DNA from: Dicyema japonicum
Taxonomy: Eukaryota; Animalia; Dicyemida
Length of the DNA stretch: 64,000 bases
Direction of reading: 5' to 3'
NCBI GenBank assembly: GCA_011109175.1
Contig: RDEW01000005.1
Coordinates: 541,523-605,522 of the forward strand
In this document: positions 51,827 to 61,319 of the stretch, piece after piece
Layout of the letters: every line of letters begins with the position of its first letter
Numbering within the stretch: the first letter of the stretch is position 1
Position numbers and translations under genes: made by a program
Notes under the pieces: model-generated
The model's database searches: none
The model's input: only the letters and a program-made list of their open reading frames with translations
What the model was told of the DNA's origin: nothing

Positions 51827-52078
51827 ATGGTACTTTTTTTAGTTTTATCATTTATAGGAAAATCTACTAAAAGAATTCATGATTATTGATAAAAATAATA
51901 GCGGGTATATCGAAAAAGATGAACTAAAACAAACCTTAAAAGAAATGAAATATATCATAAGTGATGACATGATCGCAAAAATGATAGACCAAATTGATGC
52001 TAACAATGACGGGAAAATATGTTATCATGGTTATAATTTGTTGATATATTAGAATTCCTTAAAGCTTTTAAAGATAGT
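51827..52078 (+). CDS. Small two-EF-hand (calmodulin C-lobe-like) protein, ~66 aa, 3 exons
   Basis: ATG 51827-51829 | intron 51830-51857 (28 nt) | ENLLKEFMIIDKNNSGYIEKDELKQ..DQIDANNDGKICYH | intron 52030-52052 (23 nt) | EFLKAFKR*. Both 12-residue loops are canonical. The 5' end may extend further. Confidence 0.85.
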
Positions 52079-52535
52079 TGACATTATTACTAACAGGGTT
52101 GATGGGGTTTGAAGTCTTTTAATAAAAATTTGTTTTAAAATATGATCCTTATTAAGTAAGCACATGTTATTAACGTAATTTGTAAGTGAATAGCTTTATA
52201 TTGGCTTATTATCCAGAATTATGACTTAGTTTGGGAAATTCTTCTTGAGTCGCCTAGAACAGACATTATCAATGTACATTTATAGGAGGAATGAGATGAG
52301 TGTTGGATTAACAACGACTGACCACTATGATTGATAAGCTAAAGTCACCCCAGAAAATAAACTAGTTAAGCTACCACAATTACAAAGATTATCGTAAGGA
52401 AGAGTCTATGAAAGTAAACTGTAAGAGATTATAAAGTAAATGACCCAAACAATTAGGTCAATTAGCAATTTTGGAATAATTGAAAAAAATATTATTGTTA
52501 TTAAGGAAATAACAAAATTGGTCATTATTTAACTC

Positions 52536-55500
52536 ATTATTATTATTAAAGCACTTTCACGAAAGCCATAATGATTATAGCCCCGCATGTGCAACACTCG
52601 AAGAAACAATATTTATAGTTAGTCTTTTCCATCTACCTCTGTCGAATGCGAGTGATCTCAATTCGTCCAGGTCTTCTCCCGTCTTTAGATTTTTTCTCAC
52701 ACGATTTAAGTCTTTGTTTAGGGCTGTCGGAAGTGTCGATCTAGGTCGTCCGCGGAAGGGTTTTTCGCATCTGTCAAAGTAATCTTCCATCGCTTTGTTA
52801 GCGGGTGCGTCCGGGTTCATTCTTAGTACATGCCCAAATAGCCTCCACCGGGCATCTATCACATCCTTGCTGATGTAAGAACACATACACTTGTTGTAGA
52901 TATCAGTGGTTGATATTCTACGTGCCCACTCCATTCCGAGTAAGCTTCTTAGTTGCCTTCTATGGAACGAATCCAGTTTTATAGTTCTTTGAAGGAACTT
53001 CCACATGTCCCAGCGTTATACAGTAGGATCGGTTTCACAAACGCGTTGTAAAGCCTGCATCTGATGTCAACTTCAAGTCCTTTGGCCCTTAGCCATCCTT
53101 TCTTCAGTTTAGCCATTGCCGCATTTGCCAATGTTTTCCTCCTTAGTACATCTTCAGCGTCTCCTAGTATAGAGCCGAGCTTATTAGTACGTCTCCATCT
53201 TTCATGAGTAATATCGTCTTCTCTTTTGATTTCCGTAATTTCAGTTTTGTTAACATTTACGCTGAGAAACCATTTCTCAAGCTCCGCAGGTGCATTTTCT
53301 AGCAGGTGTTGGAGTGCGGTCACATCCCGTGATACAAAATCCACATCATCCGCATAAGATGTCTCTTCTATGTCTCCTATATAGCATTTACGGAGGTCGC
53401 GGAGTGCAGATTCAAGGTATATGGTGAATAGTAAAGGGGAGAGGGAATCACCCTGGGGTGTCCCAATCGTTGTTTTGAAACTGCGGGAAGTTGCTCCTTC
53501 TGTCCTCACAGATAGTCTTGTGTTCGCAAGTAGTAGTCTGATTATCCTAACCGACGATTCATCCAATATTTGCTCAAGCACATTCATCAGTTTCTGTCTG
53601 TTTATTGAGTCGAAAGCTCTGGAGAGATCTATTCCCAACACGGTTGTTGCGCTCTTGAATCTTTGGTGCGTTGCGCAGCGCCATCTGTGGCTCCATACAA
53701 TGTCTGCCGTAGACCTCCCTTCTCGGAACCCACTTTGACTTGCTGGTAGGTATAGATTCGCCATACCCTTTATCCGGCTTAGTGCAATGTTTGCCAGCAC
53801 CTTGCGTATCGAATTCAGAAGTATTATCGGGCGGAGATTTTCTACTGGTCCTTTTGATTTGTTCGGTTTTTGTATGGGTATTAATAATCCATTTCCAAGT
53901 CCTAGATCGGTATTAGTTTCAAAGACGTCATTTAGGGTTTTTGCAATTGTGTCGCTAAGTTTTTTTGGCCCATATTTTAGGAGCTCAGGGCTTATGTTGT
54001 CTGGCCCAGCACTCTTGTTGTTCTTCAGTTTATTTATCTCTAATTCCACCTCTTCCACTGTGATTGGGATTTTTAGCGCCTTTGCTTCTCCTGGGAAAAG
54101 GGGAAAGTCATTATTTTCTTTATTCAACAGTGTTTCGAAGTGTCGTGCAATCAATTCTGCTTTTTCTTTCGGGTTACCCACGAATTTTTTATCTTTGTCT
54201 TTGATATGAAGGATGTTTTGTCCTTTCTTTGTCCGCAGCAGCCGCAAAGCCGCATACATTCTTGAATTGTCTTTTAGGCATTCCACATCTTTTAATAGGG
54301 ATGTAATAATTTCCCGTGAGTGTTTTCAGTTCATCTTTTTGATTTTCCACTTTAGTTTCCTTTGTTGGATATTTAGCTCTTTTTTTTACTCTCGTCTGAC
54401 GTGTTTGCCGCTTTCAGTCGTAGCTCTCTGCAATGCTTTTCCATATTTGGCACGTTCGGGTGGTGATCCAATTTTAGGGCGTGATGATTTCGGACTCCAA
54501 GGCATATTTTGGCCGACTTGGAGATTGCCTGTTTTGTTTGATTCCACAGAGTTCGTACTGATGATTCCGGTGCGGTTTTCACCATAAGAGTCTCGATTTG
54601 TTCGTGATATTTAGCTTTACAAGTTGGCTCTAACCACAATTTTTCTGTCTGAAAGTATATATTGGATCTTGTCTCGCCTTCTTCGCGTTTTCAATGTATT
54701 TTCTCCCAGTCAGGTGCTTTTTTACACAAAGTTTTGCAATGACGATCCTGTGGTCGCTGTCGGTTGTTGTTCCCTGGTAGGAACATGCATCATTTATCAG
54801 GTGTTTATCAGACTTTCGGCAGATAATGTAGTCGATTACACAAAGTTTTGCAATGACGATCCTGTGGTCGCTGTCGGTTGTTGTTCCCTGGTAGGAACAT
54901 GCATCATTTATCAGGTGTTTATCAGACTTTCGGCAGATAATGTAGTCGATTTGATTATATATATTCACGGTCTCTCCGACAGAGTTTTTTCTTTGTCCGT
55001 GCCACGTCGTCTTATGGCAAGCTGAGTGCGTAAAGGCCGTGTTGCACAGGAAAAGGCTATTTGCCTCGCAGAAGTTTACCAGAGAGGCTCCAGATGCATT
55101 TCTCCTTCCGCGCCCGTGTCTTCCAATAGAGGATTCTTCGGGCCCCATTCGCATTCCGGCCTTTGCATTCATATCTCCCGCAACAAAGACAAGAGACGAG
55201 GAAGCATTGTTAGAGTATGTGCTTGATAGTTCTGAGTAGAATTCCTCGAGTTCACCGGGGTTCTTGATTACTCGTCCACAGTGTGGTGCATAGACATTTA
55301 TGACGGTTAGTAGACTCTTGGACGGGCATAGTTCATTTAGTTTGACTTGTAGGACACATATTCGGTCGTTGACTCTCCAATAGCGATGTAATTTTTTGAA
55401 GTAATCCACGTGTAGGGCAAATCCCATGCCTTAGTGCTTGCATTCAGTTGGGAAGAGAATCAGTCGGTAGTTGTTCCATGTCTCATCGCGTCCATTTAAC
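52536..55500 (-). mobile_element. RTE retrotransposon, best-preserved copy (APE + RT), few frameshifts
   Basis: ORFs 55427-54630 (VINVYAPH, AGDMNAK, QIDYI, DSDH), 54286-52979 (SAGPDNI, GIDLSRAFDSI, GTPQGDSLSPLLF, YADD) and 53006-52575; tail gaaagtgctttaataataataa. Confidence 0.95.
54722..54951. repeat. Perfect 114-bp tandem duplication (38 aa, in frame)
   Basis: IDYIICRKSDKHLINDACSYQGTTTDSDHRIV.AKLC appears twice in ORF 54630-55427. Confidence 0.95.
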
Positions 55501-55554
55501 TCATCTGAGATACAATTTGGACTAAACAGCTCATTTATTTTTTCAAACCCCAAC

Positions 55555-55810
55555 TTTACAATAAGCACATCACACTTTATTAGAGTAAAGGACAGTTATA
55601 ACTAATTGTAGAAAGGGAAGATAAATGAATTAATTTTTATTGTTGGATGTATGTCATTTGCAGACGATCCCATAGTGATGTATTTATTGATCAGGATTCA
55701 CTCGTTATACGTGTGTAACCTTCAGCCAGAGTGTAGAGCGGCGAGATTCGAACTCGGACCCATCAGGATTGTGTCCGGCACTTTATAACTAAGTGATCCC
55801 AGACCGACAA
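55555..55810 (-). mobile_element. tRNA-derived SINE (copy 3)
   Basis: Head cgag-TTCGAAT-ctcg (perfect T-arm), then gaaggttacac..acgagtga and tctacaattagttataactgtcctttactctaataaagtgtg, as in copy 1. A head-only copy lies at ~5040-5100. Confidence 0.7.
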
Positions 55811-56290
55811 GGGAGAGGACGGGGTCGAGAATCCTGTACAGATCTTCATCATTTGTTGAGCGAACTGAGTCGCTGATTGAATGCTTCTGTCCTTGGAGGC
55901 AAGAATGATATCGTCTGCTAGGAGAAAATTAGGCAGTTTTCATTACGGGTTTGTGGCATCTCGTTTATGTAAAGATTGAAGAGTGAGGTAACAATGGGGA
56001 GCCTTGAGGGAATCCATTTGGAAGGTAGCGAGATCTTGATTTGATGTTTTTTGCAGAGTAGTTGTGATCGTCTTTTATTTAGGTAGTTCCCAAACCAACG
56101 CTTCAAGTTCGGGTGGGTGTTCGTTTCAAATATTTTCTTTGTAAGGAGTTTCCTGGGAACTAAGTTGAATGCTTTTGTGATGTCCACAGATGTAAGTACT
56201 TTTGAGGGTTAAATCCTTCCGCAATTAATTGTGTGAGGGTTGTAAGGTGTGTTGTGGTCAAAATGCGGAGAAATTAGGAACCACATCTAC
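55810..56290 (-). mobile_element. LINE RT fragment
   Basis: DITKAFNLVPRKLL..LKRWFGNYLNKRR. Confidence 0.65.
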
Positions 56291-56395
56291 GAGGTAAGTA
56301 CTTTTGAGGGTTAAATCCTTCCGCAATTAATTGTGTGAGGGTTGTAAGGTGTGTTGTGGTCAAAATGCGGAGAAATTAGGAACCACATCTACGAG
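56192..56395. repeat. Perfect 102-bp tandem duplication
   Basis: gtaagtacttttgagg...catctacgag at 56192 and 56294. Confidence 0.95.
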
Positions 56396-56796
56396 TTGTA
56401 GACTCCGTCAGCAAAGGAAGTATTTCTGTTCAAAACACAGAATGTGGGGGCGAAAGTCAAAAGAGTCTCTCAAAATTTAGCTTGCTCTCCTTAAAAAGAC
56501 GGATGAATTTTGTTCATTTACATTCTTGTAATCCTAAAGGTCAATCAAATTATTAATGTTTATTTTCTTGACGGATTACGTTTTAATTCTGAAAGATTAT
56601 CTGATGTCATATTTAAAAATATATTCTTTTGTAACCTGTCATCCGAACTGATTACAGCTTGAATTATTATATTATTGATCAATTAGTTTTAAACCTTGGA
56701 GATGAATTTCTTTGTAATGGGGAAGAGTAGAAGAGCCATTGATGACATAAAATAAACTGAAAGACACGTTGCTGCGGCAATTCGTACTCCTTTAGA

Positions 56797-57142
56797 GATT
56801 TTTACTGGATCATCCTGGCTTTCGATCGTAATCTTTCAGAATTCGATGGTGAAGCACGAGAACTAATATTCCGATAACGATTCTTGTTGGTTGAGTCGAT
56901 TGACACCACTCTCATTGTAATGTCTTTATCATATTCTCGATCAATCCTCTCTACGCTTTTTTTAATTACGATTTTTACTGGATCATCCTGGCTTTCGATC
57001 GTAATCTTTCAGAATTCGATGGTGAAGCACGAGAACTAATATTCCGATAACGATTCTTGTTGGTTGAGTCGATTGACACCACTCTCATTGTAATGTCTTT
57101 ATCATATTCTCGATCAATCCTCTCTACGCTTTTTTTAATTAC
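56797..57142. repeat. Perfect 173-bp tandem duplication
   Basis: gatttttactggatc...ttaattac at 56797 and 56970. Confidence 0.95.
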
Positions 57143-60100
57143 ATCTTTCAATGTTAGAGGAATTGCCTCAAACATCAAACAGAACATTCTATGTACGTAT
57201 CTGAAAAGATACAAAACCGGTGTGGCATGTCTACAAGAGACGAAGATGACGAAGGTGAACGAGATTTATGATATGACAATTACCGGTTAATACAGTGCAA
57301 CCTCCATTTGGGGCGGACCTCCTCATTGGGGCACATCTATTTTTGGGGCAGTTTGAAAATTAGATCATTTTTATACAGTAATATCCAAATTTGGAAATTA
57401 CCTGAACCTCTTAGTGGGGAACTTAATTTATAAAGTCTTGCAATTAATATTAAATTTAATTCTTAAACTTCGCGTGCTAGATTTGCGTTTTTGTTGTCAT
57501 GGGGAGGAAGCTTACTCTGGAGTTAAAGCTTAAAATTGCCCAAGAAATCAACGAAAATTGTTTCATGAGCGAACGAGATATTGTCAAAAAGTATAAAATT
57601 AGTAAAGGTTATCTGATAATTCTATTGTTTAGGAGCAGTATCTAGAATTAAACAAAATATATGAACTTTATAAATAATGGGTCCGTACAATCAAATCAAA
57701 TTTCACAGAGAAGAGAAATTCGTCTGTCACAGAAATTCGATAAAATTGTTTATGAATGCTTTTTTAAAGCAAGGGAAGAATTTATTCCCGTTTCAGGACC
57801 TATTCTTAAAAACATTGCTATAAAAACATCATTAATTCAACCCTTAGATATGGGAGTTATTAAATCGTTCAAATCCAATTATTTAAATAATTTGATGGAT
57901 TTTACTTTATCTTTTGAGGATAAGTTTACAACGTTGAATTTAAAGCAAGTAAATCTCAGACAAATAATCATTATTGTTGGGAAGACAACAAATACACTCT
58001 GAATCAATTACTAATTGTTGGAAGAAAATTGATGTCGTTTTCAAACTCTCTCATTGGTGAATAATGAATTGGAGAGTTTAGATAACATAATTAAAGATAT
58101 ACTGAAAATAAAGTAGAAAATGATGACGAGAATATATACGACGGAGTAAAATGTACCTATTCTCATTTGGAAACAATAACAGCGATGAATACACTTGAAG
58201 AGAACATTTTCAATTTGTTTCCTGAAGCTTTGAAAGATTATTATAATTTCAGAAAAACGTTGCATTGGTAATCACGGAAGGGGATATCGAAATTCTGGAA
58301 ATTTTATGATCGACTTTTGTAATACCTACGATTTGTTTCTGTGCAACACGGCATTTCAGCACGCCGCCCGACACAAGACCGCCTGGGTAGGTTGTAGAAC
58401 AACCAAAAATGGAGAGGAACAAAAAATATTCAATCAAATAGATTATATTTTGTGCAAGCAGTCGCACAAGAGATTATTAGTGGACTCCCGTTCGTATGGA
58501 GGATCATTGACAAATAACGATCATAAGATCGTAGTCTGTCGGTTGAATCTTAGCAGGCTTTATGGAATATTATATGCGAATCATTCACGTCCCAGAAAAA
58601 CACAGATGATAGCGGGAGAAGAATTAGTAAGTAATCCTGCACTCTTCACGAGATACCAGCAGCGAATAGACCAGTATCTATCCAATATTTTTATTGATGG
58701 CCTACCCCACATCGTGTGGAATAGAATCTCTGAAGCCATAATGACGGCTGCCGAAGAAACAGTTGGGATTTGCGAAAATACTATGAAAGGAAGATGTGTT
58801 TACGGATTCCGAGATTCGCGGAGCACGCCTGAATAACAACAGAGCTGCTGGCTATGACAATATTTGTGAAAAGTTGTTAAAATACGCACCAACTCAGCTA
58901 ACAGGAAAGATAACTTTTATATTCAACGAGATATTCAGGACTCATTGTTCAATTAAAACCGCGATGGAAGTTCTACTTCCTTTACAAAAACATAGCAAAA
59001 CTGCAGGTCCAATTGAAAATCTCAGGCCGATCGTGCTTCTGACTACTTTGCGAAATACATTGTCGATTACAACATTGAATATCAAATTCAGTTGAGCAAT
59101 ACTTGTCACCAAGTCAAAGCGGATTCAGACTAGGAAGATTGAAATAGCATGGAGTCATCGGTGGCTTACGGAAATATGTCAGAAGTACAGAAAAACAATG
59201 TATATTCTGGGAGTCGACTTATCGAAAGCATTCGACTTTGTCTGCCGAGATAAACTACTGCAAGTTCTCAAGGACATAATTGATAAGGACTGTTTGAGGA
59301 TTGTGTGTTTTTTTCTGACTGATACGAGCCTCATAGTTAAAGTGGGGAAGGGCTATTCTGAAAAATTCACGACCGTGATTGGTACTCCGCAAGGGGACTC
59401 GCTTTCGCCAGTTCTTTTTGCAATCTATTTGGAAGCTGCGTTGAGGGACGTTAGAAAAGAATTGGGTCACTTAAATAATCATTTTGTGGAATTAATATAT
59501 GCTGATGACATCGATTTTGTGTCTGAGGATGTGGAGGTACTAAGAACTGCAGTAGATAAAGCCACAACAGTTCTGGAGAGGTGGTCTTTGAAGATCAATT
59601 CAGAAAAAAACAGAGTTTACTTCGATTCAGCGGTTATCGACACGGATTGATGAAAAATGGAGGTCTACTAAAATGCTCGTTTTTGGGTGATGCTGAGGGC
59701 ATTGCTCGTAGAAAAATGTAGGCATCGTGTGCACTGAAAAAGATGTGGAGTAATTGGACTTGCAGAAAACTTATCTCCTTAAATCTTCGGATGCGCTTAT
59801 ATAACGCGTTCAAACAACCAGTCCTATTATATAACTCGGGAACTTCAAAAACTGACCTTGACAGATTAGACACATTTTATAGAAATCAATTGAGAAAAAT
59901 TGCGGAAATCAAATGGCCACAGATTATCAAAAACGACACTCTCTACAAATTATGTAAATGCAAACCGATAACAGAGAAGTAATTACCTCACGCTGGCGAC
60001 TTTTCGGGCATGTTCTGAGAATGGACGAAGTGATTCCTTGCAATCAAATCATGGAAGATTACTATTCAAATCACGGAATTGGATTTCGGGGTCGGCCAAG

Positions 60101-60300
60101 ATGTACGCTTCCCCTCTGCCTGAATAACGATTACGCACGAATTGGCGTTCAACTCAAAACTGGAGACGATCTTGAACGCGCGAGAAACAGAGTAGATGGA
60201 GAAGGCTGACTGAAGGATAGTCGAGTGTACGGCACGAGCGAACCCCTAGGCATTTTACGTGCTTATGGCAACGAGGAAGTGCTATTAACTAACTAACGAT
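56880..60300 (+). mobile_element. RTE retrotransposon interrupted by a pogo element at 57293-58250
   Basis: APE start FNVRG..CLQETK (57140-57245) resumes at 58255 (FLCNTAF, QIDYIL, NNDH). RT motifs GVDLSKAFD, GTPQGDSLSP, YADD. It ends aagtgctattaac. Confidence 0.85.
57293..58250 (+). mobile_element. Internally deleted pogo/Tigger DNA transposon with 25-nt intron
   Basis: TA then cagtgcaacctc terminus. MGRKLTLELKLKIA..KKYKISK|GAVSRIK with intron 57608-57632. PVSGPILK.IA is fused directly to LIQPLDMGVIKSFK, so the DDE core is deleted. Confidence 0.85.
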
Positions 60301-61015
60301 TGTGGAAACAAATAAAAGCCCTGGACAAATTAAATAACAATAGAGTTGCTGGCCCTATCAACATTAACGCAGAACTTTTCAAATATTCACCGACCGAGAT
60401 TTCTGAGCTATTAACTGAGATATACAACAAATGGACAAATTAAATAACAATAGAGTTGCTGGCCCTATCAACATTAACGCAGAACTTTTCAAATATTCAC
60501 CGACCGAGATTTCTGAGCTATTAACTGAGATATACAACAAAACATTCAAATATAACTCACCCCTGAATGTGGATAATGGCACACTAATTGCACTACAAAA
60601 CCTAACCAAACTAAGGGCCCCTTAACGAATTTAAGACCCATCGTACTAATGACGACTCTACGCAAGACACTATCGCATATAGTGTTAAATAGGATTAGAC
60701 CTGACATTGAGAACTTTCTTTCACTGTCAAAGCCGATTCAGGTCAGGGAGATCTACAGTTGATGTGGTCTGGAGACATCGATGGCTTTGTGCAACATATC
60801 AAAAGTACAAGGGGGCTACTGGCATCCTTGGCACACAAGAACCTGACCAATGTAAGACAAAAGCTGAAAACAAAAGACGATTTGGATACGCTCAGAATAA
60901 TTGCCTAGTAACCGTGGAGCATGGAGGAAGTTAGTTAAGAGAATTGTCAGAGAAAGAATAACCTGAAAACAAATACGGCACAAGCGGAACTTTATTTAAA
61001 TAAATTACTTTTTTC
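60300..61015 (+). mobile_element. Internally deleted copy of the 39045-42012 RTE family, containing a perfect 110-bp tandem duplication (60322-60541)
   Basis: DNA match to ~40500-40900 and ~41810-41980, with the same ggcacaagcggaac..taaataaattac end. Confidence 0.85.
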
Positions 61016-61319
61016 TGCATTGAGAACCAGCCTATCAAACAGGAATATAAAACAATCAATACCTTCCAAAAATGGCCAGTAAGGATTTGCAAAGGTTCTC
61101 TACACCTTTTGAGGAATTAGTGAGGAAAACCGGAGCCTTACTACTCTCCAATAAATGTAGAAACCCCCGCCCTATCCGGAAATGCGTTGGAACCTAGGAA
61201 AAACACCGAGCAAATATGAGATGGCTATTCGAGGCGGACGGAATCACCTGAAGGCTATGTAGTTATTTAATTTGCCGGTGATTATTGGTTTTTAATAATA
61301 ATAATAACAAAAGAATCTA

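Noticed and set aside
53421-55239. Long + strand ORFs (53421-53738, 53787-54209, 54213-54587, 54624-55025) and similar antisense ORFs over 34805-37233
   Set aside because: They are antisense shadows of the RTE and R4 coding sequences, with no motifs of their own.
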